A stretch of DNA of 32,000 bases, taken from the NCBI RefSeq assembly GCF_000284115.1, contig NC_017080.1, forward strand, positions 2,460,001 through 2,492,000, in the 5' to 3' direction. Below are positions 8,837 through 17,269 of this stretch, piece after piece. The first letter of the stretch is position 1; every line of letters starts with the position of its first letter. Position numbers and translations under genes: made by a program. Below the pieces are notes generated by a model. That model saw only the letters and a program-made list of their open reading frames with translations. It did not search any database and was not told the DNA's origin. The stretch is from Phycisphaera mikurensis NBRC 102666. Lineage in GTDB: Bacteria; Planctomycetota; Phycisphaerae; Phycisphaerales; Phycisphaeraceae.

Positions 8837-9829
8837 ATGCCCGTCCGCCGCCTCTTCGTCCACCTGGAGACCCTCTTCCTGGTCACGCTGATCAGCGTGC
8901 TGGTGTGGCTCTACGCCGAGGGGGCGATGGTGCGCAGCTACCCGCGGCAGCGGGTGGCCGTCGACTTCACGGGCCCCGCCGGCGGGCGGCTGGCGATCGA
9001 GCCGGAGCAGACGTCCGCCTTCGTGAGCTTCCGCGGCTCCGCCGCGCAGCTGCAGGAGCTCCGGGCGAGGCTCGCCGGCGGTCCGATCGAGATCCCGGTC
9101 CGCGCCGGCGGCGAGCCGCTGCAGGAGGTCGAGCTGGCGGAGCGGCTCGACCAGCTGCTGTTCACCCCGATGGGCCTGGTCATCGACGAGGTCGAGCCCG
9201 AGCGGATGGCGGTCCGGGTCCGACGCTTCGCCACCCGGGAGGTGCCGGTGCAGGTGGTCGCCGACGGGCTCGCGTTGCGGGAGGCGGCGGCGGCGAGCCC
9301 GGCCACCGCGCGCATCACCCTGCCCGAGGACCGGGTGGGGTTGCTGGAGCGGCTCGGCCCCGTGGCGCAGCTGACGGCGCAGCTCGCCGAGGGCGCCGGC
9401 CCCGCCGGCGAGGCGGCCGTGCTCACCCTGCCGCTCACGCTGCCCGAGGCCCTGCTCGAGGCGGGTGCGGAGCTCGAAACCGACGCCGCCGACGTTTCCT
9501 TCACGCTGGCCGCGCCGGAGTCGACCCTCACGCTGGACGCGATCCCGCTGCGCCAGCTCACCCCACTGAACTTCGCGTACGAGATCGTCGTCGCCAACGG
9601 CGAGAAGGTCCTGCGCGACGTCACGCTGGTCGGCCCGCCCGCCACGCTCGCCCGCATCCGCGAGGGCGACCCGGCTCACCCGGTCTGGGCCGAGATCCAG
9701 CTGACCGACGCCGCGTCGCTCACCGAGGGCAGCCGCGTCGTGCCGGTGATCGTGCGGACCGGCGGGCGGACCGGCGTCACGGCCTCGGGCTTGCGGAACC
9801 TGGAAGTCCAGCTGGTGCGGAAGCCCTGA
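8837..9829 (+). CDS. membrane-anchored hypothetical protein, YbbR-like repeats possible
   Basis: ATG at 8837 gives an N-terminal helix LFLVTLISVLVWLYAEG, the YbbR-type WxY pattern. This is followed by beta-rich repeats such as VTLVGPPATLARI. The part of the ORF upstream of 8837 looks like shadow sequence. Confidence 0.45.
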   Translation: MPVRRLFVHLETLFLVTLISVLVWLYAEGAMVRSYPRQRVAVDFTGPAGGRLAIEPEQTSAFVSFRGSAAQLQELRARLAGGPIEIPVRAGGEPLQEVELAERLDQLLFTPMGLVIDEVEPERMAVRVRRFATREVPVQVVADGLALREAAAASPATARITLPEDRVGLLERLGPVAQLTAQLAEGAGPAGEAAVLTLPLTLPEALLEAGAELETDAADVSFTLAAPESTLTLDAIPLRQLTPLNFAYEIVVANGEKVLRDVTLVGPPATLARIREGDPAHPVWAEIQLTDAASLTEGSRVVPVIVRTGGRTGVTASGLRNLEVQLVRKP

Positions 9830-9881
9830 GCGGACGCGGCTTACGGCCGACCCGCATCCTGTCGCTCCCCGAGGCCAGCGA

Positions 9882-10385
9882 TCAGGACCCCGGGGCGGAC
9901 CCGCCCATCGAGGCGATGTAGGCCTCGGTGCGGTCGAGTTCCTTCTTCAGGTGACGCACCCGGAGCAGGCTCTTCACGCGCGTCAGCAGCTCCAGCCGGT
10001 TCACCGGCTTGGGGAGGAAGTCGTCGGTGCCCGCCTCGACGCCGCGCTCGATGTCGCCGAGCTCGTTGAGCGCGGTGACCATCATCACGGGGACGCCGCG
10101 GGTGCGGGGATCGTCCTTGAGGCGTTGGCACACCTCGAAGCCGGACATCCGCGGCATCATCACGTCCAGCAGCACGAGGTCCGGCAGCGGCCGCTCCGCG
10201 TCCTCCATCCGCTTGAGCGCCTCGTGCCCGTCCATCGCGGTCTCGACCGTCACCGGCAGGTGGTCGAGGTAGGCCTGGAGCAGCTCGACGTTCTGCTCGT
10301 TGTCGTCGACGACGAAGATGAGGGCGCCCTCGACGCCCTCCCCGGCGGAGGAAGCGGCGGCGGGAGCGGACGGGGCATCGGGCAT
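9882..10385 (-). CDS. single-domain response regulator (CheY-like receiver)
   Basis: Start at ATG 10385 (MPDAPSAP...). Motifs: LIFVVDDNEQN acidic pocket, phosphoacceptor context LVLLDVMMPRMSG, MMVTA and the conserved Lys in FLPKP. There is no output domain. Confidence 0.88.
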   Translation of the reverse strand: MPDAPSAPAAASSAGEGVEGALIFVVDDNEQNVELLQAYLDHLPVTVETAMDGHEALKRMEDAERPLPDLVLLDVMMPRMSGFEVCQRLKDDPRTRGVPVMMVTALNELGDIERGVEAGTDDFLPKPVNRLELLTRVKSLLRVRHLKKELDRTEAYIASMGGSAPGS

Positions 10386-10415
10386 GCGGTGCTCAGCGGG
10401 AGGCGTCGGAGGGAT

Positions 10416-10461
10416 CCGCGGATCGCGGGCTTCCCGCAGCTTAAACGCTCGCGGTCCGCGG
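10416..10461. repeat. 46-bp palindromic element, copy 3 (T variant in left arm)
   Basis: CCGCGGATCG at 10416-10425 and CGGTCCGCGG at 10452-10461, with a 26-nt spacer. It straddles the stop (10441-10443) of the minus-strand DUF2064 gene. It shares ATCCGCGGATCGCGGGCT with copy 6. Confidence 0.8.
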
Positions 10462-11187
10462 ATCGGCGAGGGCGGCAAGGGCGGCGCGGAGCCGGGCGAG
10501 CTCGGGCTCGGTGGCGGGGTCGGCGGCCTCCAGCCGGTGCCGGAGCGCGGCCAGGTCGGCGGCGTCGTCGACGTCGTGCCAGGGAGGGAGCGCCGTGAAC
10601 GGCAGCGAGGCCGCGGCCGCGGCGGCTCGGGTCTGCTCGAAGACCGTGGACGTGCCCCAATCGATGCCCGCGAGCAGCGGAGGCATCGGGCGCGAGACGG
10701 CGAGCGTCCAGTAGCCGCCGTCGCCGACGGGGCCGGCGGCGGCGAGCGTGCGGCCGCCGGTGCGGGCCGTGTCCACCCCCATCGCGATCCACCACGCCGC
10801 CTCCAGCGCGTCCAGCGGCACGTCCGGGCTGTCGACGCCGAGGCAAACCGCCCCGCCCTCGCCGCCGCAGCGGCCCATCCGCTCGCCGAGGTCGCCGCCG
10901 CCCTGCGGCACCACCTCCCAGCCGGCCGCCGACGGGGGGGCCCCGGCGGGATCGTCCATCGCGAGCCGGAGCCGGGGCCTCGGCTTGAAGCCGTCGAAGA
11001 AGCGCTTCGTGCGCGTCAGCACGGCGTCGAGCATCGCGGCGTGGACCGCCGCGGCCCTCGCGGGCGGGAGCGCCGGCTCGCCGCCGGGCCCGGTGGTTGT
11101 CAGCCGCGTCTTCACGCGGCCGGGCACCGCCGCCTTGGCCATCACCACGATCCGCACGACGGCGAAACCTTGAACGTCTTCGGGCAT
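10441..11187 (-). CDS. DUF2064 / TIGR04282-like nucleotidyltransferase-fold protein
   Basis: The N-terminal IVVMAKAAVPGRVKTRL is the signature start of the DUF2064 family. It also has internal GGDLGERM and DGGYWTLA motifs. Confidence 0.7.
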   Translation of the reverse strand: MPEDVQGFAVVRIVVMAKAAVPGRVKTRLTTTGPGGEPALPPARAAAVHAAMLDAVLTRTKRFFDGFKPRPRLRLAMDDPAGAPPSAAGWEVVPQGGGDLGERMGRCGGEGGAVCLGVDSPDVPLDALEAAWWIAMGVDTARTGGRTLAAAGPVGDGGYWTLAVSRPMPPLLAGIDWGTSTVFEQTRAAAAAASLPFTALPPWHDVDDAADLAALRHRLEAADPATEPELARLRAALAALADPRTASV

Positions 11188-11435
11188 CCGGCCACGCTAG
11201 CGGTCGCCCCTGCGCCGCCTCCGGGCGCCTGGCCGCCACGTGGTGGGGGCTCCCGGGCGCGGGAGGGCCGGACCACGCCCCGCTCCCGCCGCGGGTGCTA
11301 ACCTGACGGCTACGGCTGCGGCGGCGGCGACGCCGGGGGACCCCCCAACACCTGACCAAGCCGCGGCCCGCGCTGGGTCGCGGCGGGCTCCGCCGCCCGC
11401 GACCCGCTCCACCGCCTCCCGCACGAGACTCCTTC

Positions 11436-12176
11436 ATGGCCGACGCAGCCACACCGATCCCCAAGCCCGGCATGCCGCTCACGCCGCCGCCGAGCGTCTG
11501 GACCAACCGCTGGGCGCCGCCGACCGACGAAGAGCTGCTGTCGAATCTGACCGGCAACACCGAGAACCACGTCCGCAACCTCATCCAGCGCGTCGAGGAC
11601 GCCGCGCCGGGCATCCAGCGGAAGGTGATCTGGCACGGCATGAGCTGGCGCTGGACGATCCAGTTCACCAGCCCGTCGATCCTGGGCTACAACGACGCGA
11701 GCGACCAGGAGGACGAGCCGGGCCGCGACCTGCTCTACACGATCGTGCCCAACCCGCTGGAGGTGCTGGTGGTGATCCCGCTCCGGCCCGAGCACCTCGA
11801 GCACCTGCCGATCCGCCGGCTGAACCGCTACATCCGCGATGGCATCCGCAACGCCAAGTGGGCCGTGGACCTCCGCTGGGTGAAGTGGATCCCCACCGCC
11901 AACACCGAGGTCGAGCACCTGCTCGACCTGCTCAAGCGGAAGGCCAAGATCGCCACCGGCGACAGCCCCTCCCAGCGGCGCTCCCGCTCGGAGAGGGCGA
12001 AGGGAAACGCGCCGGCTGAGTCCGCCGCGGACGCCGACGCCGCCGAGGAGCGCGCCGAGGCCGCCGCCGCCCCGCGGCCCAAGCCCTCCGGCCCCCGCGT
12101 GCGCCCCTCGCGGGCCAAAACCGAAGCCGGGAAGAAGCGCGCCGCCGAGCGTGCCGCCGCCCGAGCGAAGGGCTGA
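11436..12176 (+). CDS. hypothetical protein with a globular N-terminal domain and a basic Ala/Arg/Lys-rich C-terminal tail
   Basis: Residues 1 to about 165 have a balanced composition (WHGMSWRWTIQF, LEVLVVIPLRPEHLEHL). The last ~75 aa are low-complexity and basic (KRAAERAAARAKG). The layout recalls the DUF3788 family from memory only. Confidence 0.55.
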   Translation: MADAATPIPKPGMPLTPPPSVWTNRWAPPTDEELLSNLTGNTENHVRNLIQRVEDAAPGIQRKVIWHGMSWRWTIQFTSPSILGYNDASDQEDEPGRDLLYTIVPNPLEVLVVIPLRPEHLEHLPIRRLNRYIRDGIRNAKWAVDLRWVKWIPTANTEVEHLLDLLKRKAKIATGDSPSQRRSRSERAKGNAPAESAADADAAEERAEAAAAPRPKPSGPRVRPSRAKTEAGKKRAAERAAARAKG

Positions 12177-12303
12177 GCGCCGCGGTGCCGCGTCGTGCGG
12201 CGAGCCACGGCACCGGCCTCGCCCCTCGCCCCTCGCCCCTCCGAACGCCCCGCTTCAGCACCGCGGCCGCCCGCGGCTCCGGTGCGAGGCGACGCGGGCG
12301 GCC

Positions 12304-14331
12304 TCAGGCCCGCAGCCTGCCGCCGGTCTTCCGCTCCAGGGTCCGCACCACCGCGGCGACGGCGGGCTCGACCTCTTCCCGCGTCAGCGTCTTCTCGGCG
12401 TCTCGGAAGACCATCCGCAGGGTGACGCTCTTGGTCCCGGGCTCCAGCGGCTTGCCGCGGTAGACGCCGACGCAGGCAAGCGATTCCATCCGCTCGGGCG
12501 AGGCTTCGGCCACCGCGGCCGCGACGCTCGCCCAAGGCGTCTCTTCGTCGACGACGATCGACAGGTCCCGCTCGGTCGAGGGGAAGCGCGGGAGCGGCGA
12601 GCTCTCGGCCGGCCGCCGCTGCGGCCCGAGCAGCCGATCGAGCGGGAACTCCATCGCCGCGACCGGGCAGGCGAGGCCGAAGCGCTTCTGCAAGCTCGGC
12701 GAGAGCAGGCCCAGCCGGCCGCCGGCTTCACCGCCCCAGAGCAGACCGGCCGAGGCGGCGAAGCCCGCGGCGGGTTCGGCGTCGGGAACGGCCTCGGGCG
12801 CATCGACGCCGAGGCGGGCCGCGGCCTCGGCCACCAGCCCGCGGAGCGAGCGGAGATCGCGCTCGGGCTCGGGCGCGTCGATCACCATGCCCAGCTGCCG
12901 CCGCTCCGTCGCCTCGGCGCCGCGGCGGGTCCACGTCGCCGCGAACTCGAAGCTGCGGGGATCCGCGTTCCCGGCGTCCTGGTTCCGCTTCCGCACGGCG
13001 AGCAGCGAGGGCAGCAGCGAGGGCCGCAGGAAGGGCGCCGCCGTCGAGCGGTCATCGTCGACCCGCACGAGCTCGTCTTCTCGGTGACCCAGCGCCGTGG
13101 CGTCCTCCCAGGTCGCCCAAGCGAAGCACATCGCCTCGTGCCCGCCGCCGGCGACGAGCACCTCGGCGAGCGTGCGGCCGGCCGCGAGACGCGGGTGCGG
13201 CGGCCGCACGGAGACCTCCAGCCGATCGCGGACCGGCAGGTCGTCGAGGCCCTCCAGCCGGGCCACCTCCTCGACGAGGTCGACCTCGCGTTGGAGGTCG
13301 TTCCGCCAGCCGGGCACCTCCGCCTCGCGTCGCGGACCTTCGCCGGGCAGGACCTCCAGGCCGAGCTTCCGCAGGTGGGCGACCTGCCGGTCCATGGGCA
13401 CGTCGATGCCCAGCAGCGCGGAGCAGCGTGCGGGCCGCCAGGCCACGGGCGCGCGGGCGGGAACGCCGCCGCCGGCCTCGGCGAAGCCCGGGGCGGCGGT
13501 GCCGCCGGCGAGCGAGGCCACGAGCCCGGCGAGCCGGCGGCCGACGGCCTCCATCGCCGCGAGGTCGGTGCCGCGCTCGTAGCGGTGGCTCGCGTCGCTG
13601 GTGAGCTTGAGGGCCCGGGCCGTCCGCCTCGTGGTCAGCGCGTCGAACGCGGCCACCTCCAGGAAGACCTCCGTCGTGTCGGCGGTCACCTCCGAGCCCG
13701 CGCCACCCATCACCCCCGCGAGCGCCTGCGGCCGCTGGCCGTCGGCGATGACCAGCATCGACGGCTGGAGCGCGTAGGTCTCGTGGTTGATCGCCTCGAG
13801 CGTCTCGCCTTCGCGGGCGAAGCGTGCCTCGACGCGGCCGCCGGCGATCGCCGCGAGGTCGAAGGCGTGGGTCGGCTGGCCGGTGTCCATGAGCACGAGG
13901 TTGGTGGCGTCGACCACGTTGTTGACGGGGCGGAGCTTCACCGCCTCGAGCAGGTCGACCAGCCAGGCGGGGCTCGGGCCGACCTTCACGCCGCGGACGA
14001 CGAAGCCCAGGTAGCGCGGGCAGGCACGGTCCGCGGCGGCGTCGATGCTCACCCGCACCGACGCCGCTTCCCCCGCGGGCGCCGCCGCGTCCACCGGCCA
14101 CCGCGGCGGGACCAGCGACCGCCCCGTCGCCGCGCACAGCTCCCGGGCCAGCCCGCGGTGCGACAGGCAGTCGCCGCGGTTGCTGGTGACCTCCACGTCG
14201 AGCCCCGTGTCGTCGCCCGCCTCCCAGCGGCCCTCCACCGGGAAGCCCACGCGGGTGAGCGCCTCCGCCGCCTCGTCGGCGGTCACGGGGCGGTCGAGGT
14301 GACGGTTCAACCAGGCGAGCGAGGCGTTCAT
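12304..14331 (-). CDS. pheT: phenylalanine--tRNA ligase beta subunit, short form lacking the N-terminal tRNA-binding OB domain
   Basis: MNASLAWLNRHLDRPVTADEAAEALTRVGFPVEG is a canonical PheT N-terminus. TSNRGDCLSHRGLAREL, CPRYLGFVVRGV and DATNLVLMDTGQPTHAFD are B3/B4 motifs. The C-terminal FDX-ACB-like end is SVTLRMVFRD. Confidence 0.92.
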   Translation of the reverse strand: MNASLAWLNRHLDRPVTADEAAEALTRVGFPVEGRWEAGDDTGLDVEVTSNRGDCLSHRGLARELCAATGRSLVPPRWPVDAAAPAGEAASVRVSIDAAADRACPRYLGFVVRGVKVGPSPAWLVDLLEAVKLRPVNNVVDATNLVLMDTGQPTHAFDLAAIAGGRVEARFAREGETLEAINHETYALQPSMLVIADGQRPQALAGVMGGAGSEVTADTTEVFLEVAAFDALTTRRTARALKLTSDASHRYERGTDLAAMEAVGRRLAGLVASLAGGTAAPGFAEAGGGVPARAPVAWRPARCSALLGIDVPMDRQVAHLRKLGLEVLPGEGPRREAEVPGWRNDLQREVDLVEEVARLEGLDDLPVRDRLEVSVRPPHPRLAAGRTLAEVLVAGGGHEAMCFAWATWEDATALGHREDELVRVDDDRSTAAPFLRPSLLPSLLAVRKRNQDAGNADPRSFEFAATWTRRGAEATERRQLGMVIDAPEPERDLRSLRGLVAEAAARLGVDAPEAVPDAEPAAGFAASAGLLWGGEAGGRLGLLSPSLQKRFGLACPVAAMEFPLDRLLGPQRRPAESSPLPRFPSTERDLSIVVDEETPWASVAAAVAEASPERMESLACVGVYRGKPLEPGTKSVTLRMVFRDAEKTLTREEVEPAVAAVVRTLERKTGGRLRA

Positions 14332-14362
14332 GGGGGGCGGAGGGTACCGGGCCTCCGCGCCT

Positions 14363-14653
14363 TCAATCCGGCGACGCGGCGGCGGCGGCGAGGCGTCGCC
14401 GGATCCGGCCGCGGGCCTCGCGGCTGAGCGTCGGCCGCGTCGGCCGCGGCGGCGGACCCGCCCGCACCGTGACCCGGTGCAGCGCCCGATCCATCGCCTC
14501 CAGCTGCCGGCCGAAGCGGCGGCAGGAGGTGCAGAGGCTGCGGTGCAGCCGCACCGCGAGAGCCTCGCGGACCGCCAGCCGCCGGTCGAGCGCGTCGCTG
14601 CCCAACCGCGACGCCTCGCGGCAGGTCAGCGTGAAGACCTTGCCCGGCGGCAT
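14363..14653 (-). CDS. anti-sigma factor, zinc-binding ZAS (zf-HC2) type, soluble
   Basis: ATG at 14653, 5 nt after the sigma factor stop. The 96-aa product has C11, H37, C41 and C44 (LHRSLCTSC = H-x3-C-x2-C). It has no hydrophobic segment. Confidence 0.75.
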   Translation of the reverse strand: MPPGKVFTLTCREASRLGSDALDRRLAVREALAVRLHRSLCTSCRRFGRQLEAMDRALHRVTVRAGPPPRPTRPTLSREARGRIRRRLAAAAASPD

Positions 14654-14658
14654 CGGCT

Positions 14659-15240
14659 TCACCCGCCGCCCCCGCCCAGCCAGCGGAGGGCGAGGCACGC
14701 CCGCATCGCCAGCCTCGCCCGGTGCAGCCGCACCGAGACGCTCCCCGCCGTCACCCGCAGCGACGCGGCGATCTCGCTCACGCCCTCGTCGCCGCTGTAC
14801 CGCCGGAAGAAGACCTCCCCGAGCGTCTCGGGCAGTTCTGCGCGGCAGCCGTCCACCACCCGGTGGAAATCCTCCTCGTGCATCGCGGCCGAGGGATCCA
14901 CGCCCCAGGCGTCGACGCGGCGCTTCCACCGGCCGCGCCGATCGAAGAAGACGTCCTCCCCCTCGGGCAGCGCCTCGGTCGGGCGGCGCTGGTTCCGGCG
15001 GATCTCGTCGACCACCTTGTGGCGCAGGATGCCCATCAGCCACGCCCGCTCCGCCGCCACCCCCGCGTAGCCGTCGCGCCCCGCCCAGGCGGCGAGCAGC
15101 GTCTCCTGCACGAGGTCCTCGGCGCGGTGATCGTCCCGCTCGCGGCTCCGCGCGTAGCGGTAGAGGGCGTCGCCGTGGTCGTCGAGCCACCGCTCGGGGG
15201 AAGCGGGCGGGTCGGTCGTGGAGGGAGCTTCGGGCGGCAT
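14659..15240 (-). CDS. ECF-type RNA polymerase sigma-70 family factor
   Basis: Start at ATG 15240 (MPPEAPS...). Region 2 is AEDLVQETLLAAW...RAWLMGILRHKVVDEIRR. Region 4 is VSEIAASLRVTAGSVSVRLHRARLAMR. The long ORF-track extension to 16278 is shadow sequence. Confidence 0.88.
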   Translation of the reverse strand: MPPEAPSTTDPPASPERWLDDHGDALYRYARSRERDDHRAEDLVQETLLAAWAGRDGYAGVAAERAWLMGILRHKVVDEIRRNQRRPTEALPEGEDVFFDRRGRWKRRVDAWGVDPSAAMHEEDFHRVVDGCRAELPETLGEVFFRRYSGDEGVSEIAASLRVTAGSVSVRLHRARLAMRACLALRWLGGGGG

Positions 15241-15323
15241 GGGGGCGTCGGCATCGCTCGCCGACGCGCGAGAACGCGGTCGCGGCGAGGCACGCCCGGT
15301 GTTCGAGCCCGACGCTCGCCCCC

Positions 15324-15348
15324 TACGGCCGGCCGCGGCCGCGGGTTC
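15324..15348 (-). promoter_or_regulatory. candidate ECF-type promoter (GAAC-N17-CGTA) upstream of the sigma/anti-sigma pair
   Basis: The minus strand reads AGAACC-(16-17 nt)-CGTA, about 85 nt upstream of the sigma factor ATG. This is a pattern match to the generic ECF AAC/CGT architecture only. Confidence 0.2.
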
Positions 15349-15422
15349 TGCACCGCTTCGCCAAGGAGCCGGGACCGCGCGGCGGCTGGGGCGGGCGCGG
15401 GAGGCCCCGGCCGCTGTCCACT

Positions 15423-16406
15423 TCAGCCACGCCCGATGCGGGAGCGGACCGCGCCCAGGAAGACGACGCCGCCGAGCATCGCCGTCCAGATGCCCACCGG
15501 GACCACCCCGATCGGCCGACCGCCGCGCTCGCTGGCGAGCGCCACGCCGGCGCCGAGCGCATCGGCCCCGATCAGAAGCGCCGCCCCGAGCAGGGCCGAC
15601 GCCAGGACCAGCGGCCGGTGCCGCGGCCCGACGGCGACCCGGCCGAAGTGCGGGGCGATGAGCCCCACGTAGGCGATCGGCCCGGCCGCCGCGACGGCGG
15701 CCGCCGCGAGCAGCCCGGCGAGGCCGAACTGCACGGCCCGCAGACGCCCCACCGCCACGCCCAACGAGGCCGCCTCGTCGGGGTCCAGCGTCCCGACGTC
15801 CAGCGCCGGCCCGAGCCTCGCCAGCCACGCGACCCCCGCCAGCCCGCCGACGCCGGCGAGCACGACCGGCCACGACGCGGCCTCCGCCCCGAGCGTCCCG
15901 AGCATCCAGCGGGCCAGCGGCTCGCGCACGCCGGGGCCGCCGAGGTGGCCCAACAGCAGCACGGCCGCCCCGCCGATCGTCGAGACGACGACACCGACCA
16001 GCAGGACCCCCAGCGGGTCGAGCACCCCGCCGCGGCGGCCGAGCTTGAAGACCACCGCCATCGAGAGCCCGGCGCCCGCCGCCGCCCCGGAGCCGCTCGC
16101 GAGCCCCGCCCCCAGCGCCGCGCCCGCCCCGCCGGCGACCAGCGACACCGCGACCATCCCCGCCGCCGCGCCGGTGGAGAGCCCGAGCAGGTACGGCTCG
16201 GCGAGCGGGTTCCGCAGCAGCGCCTGCAGCGCGACGCCCGACGTGGCCAGCGCCACGCCCACCGCCGCGCCGACGCACAGCCGCTCCGCGCGGAGGCCGG
16301 GATAAGCCAAACCCAGCTCCGAGGAGCCGACGAGCAGCCGGGCGACGCAGGCGAGCACCAGCAGCATCCCGCAGACGAGCAGGCCGACCCTCGGACGCGT
16401 CCGCAT
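15423..16406 (-). CDS. FecCD/BtuC-family ABC importer permease (iron-siderophore / cobalamin / heme type)
   Basis: ATG at 16406 shares one base with the upstream stop (TGATG). Motifs: LLRNPLAEPYLLGLSTGAA signature, GLIAPH, and many Gly/Ala-rich TM helices. Product is 327 aa. Confidence 0.88.
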   Translation of the reverse strand: MRTRPRVGLLVCGMLLVLACVARLLVGSSELGLAYPGLRAERLCVGAAVGVALATSGVALQALLRNPLAEPYLLGLSTGAAAGMVAVSLVAGGAGAALGAGLASGSGAAAGAGLSMAVVFKLGRRGGVLDPLGVLLVGVVVSTIGGAAVLLLGHLGGPGVREPLARWMLGTLGAEAASWPVVLAGVGGLAGVAWLARLGPALDVGTLDPDEAASLGVAVGRLRAVQFGLAGLLAAAAVAAAGPIAYVGLIAPHFGRVAVGPRHRPLVLASALLGAALLIGADALGAGVALASERGGRPIGVVPVGIWTAMLGGVVFLGAVRSRIGRG

Positions 16407-17269
16407 CACCCCCCCTCCCGCTCCCGCATCGTCGGGCCCGGGGCTGCGCCGGGCGCCAGCGCCTCCCGGAAACGCCGCAGCGTCCCGACGAGGTTCGGCC
16501 CCGGCAGCAGCACGAAGCGGTCGACGAGGACCGCCACCCGCGTGCCCGGCAGCCGCGTGGCGAGGCTGGCCCGCTCGGCCTCCGCCGCGACGGCGTCCCG
16601 CCCCGGCAGCAGCAGCAGCACCACCTCGGGCGCCAGCGCCCGCAGGGCCTCCTCGTCCAGCGTGAGCGCCGGCACCGCCGCGTCGGCCAGCGCGTTCACC
16701 CCGCCCGCCGCCCGCAGCACTTCGTCGTTGACCGTGCCCGGCCCCGACGCCCACACCGGCGACGTGCCGAAGGCAAGCAGCACCCGCGGGCCGCCGGGGT
16801 CCGGCGTCGCCTCCGCGAACGCCGCCCGCACCGCCGCCGCGTCTCCGGCCGCGCCCAGCGCCTCGAGATTCGCCGCCGCCTGCTCCACCGTCTCGGGGTA
16901 GGGCTGCGCCAGCAGCTCAGCCCCCGCCGGCAGCCGGAGCTGCGTGCCCGCCGGCACCACCACCCGCGTGGGCGACAGCGCCGCCAGCCGCTCCGCGTCC
17001 ACGTCCAGGAAGCTGCCGACCCGCGGCGTCTCCCGCGGCAGCAGCGCCTCCGCCGCGGGGTCGTGCTCGCCGACGCCGACGACGTTCTCCCCGAGGCCGA
17101 GGCCGACGAGCGTGAGCGTCGCCGCGGGGATCAGGCTGACGATCCGCGGACCGCCGGCTGTTTCCGGCGAACCGTGCGACGGTCCGCGGCCGCAAGCGGT
17201 CAGGAGGAGGAAGAAGCAGACGAGCAGACCCGGAGCCGGACGGGCGCAGTCGGGCAGCGTCGCTCTCAC
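16406..17269 (-). CDS. ABC importer periplasmic substrate-binding lipoprotein (BtuF/FhuD/HmuT-like, class III SBP)
   Basis: GTG at 17269 overlaps the upstream stop as GTGA. It has the lipobox FFLLLTAC. RIVSLIPAATLTLVGLGLGENVVGV is typical of the PF01497-type fold. Product is 287 aa. Confidence 0.8.
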   Translation of the reverse strand: MRATLPDCARPAPGLLVCFFLLLTACGRGPSHGSPETAGGPRIVSLIPAATLTLVGLGLGENVVGVGEHDPAAEALLPRETPRVGSFLDVDAERLAALSPTRVVVPAGTQLRLPAGAELLAQPYPETVEQAAANLEALGAAGDAAAVRAAFAEATPDPGGPRVLLAFGTSPVWASGPGTVNDEVLRAAGGVNALADAAVPALTLDEEALRALAPEVVLLLLPGRDAVAAEAERASLATRLPGTRVAVLVDRFVLLPGPNLVGTLRRFREALAPGAAPGPTMREREGG

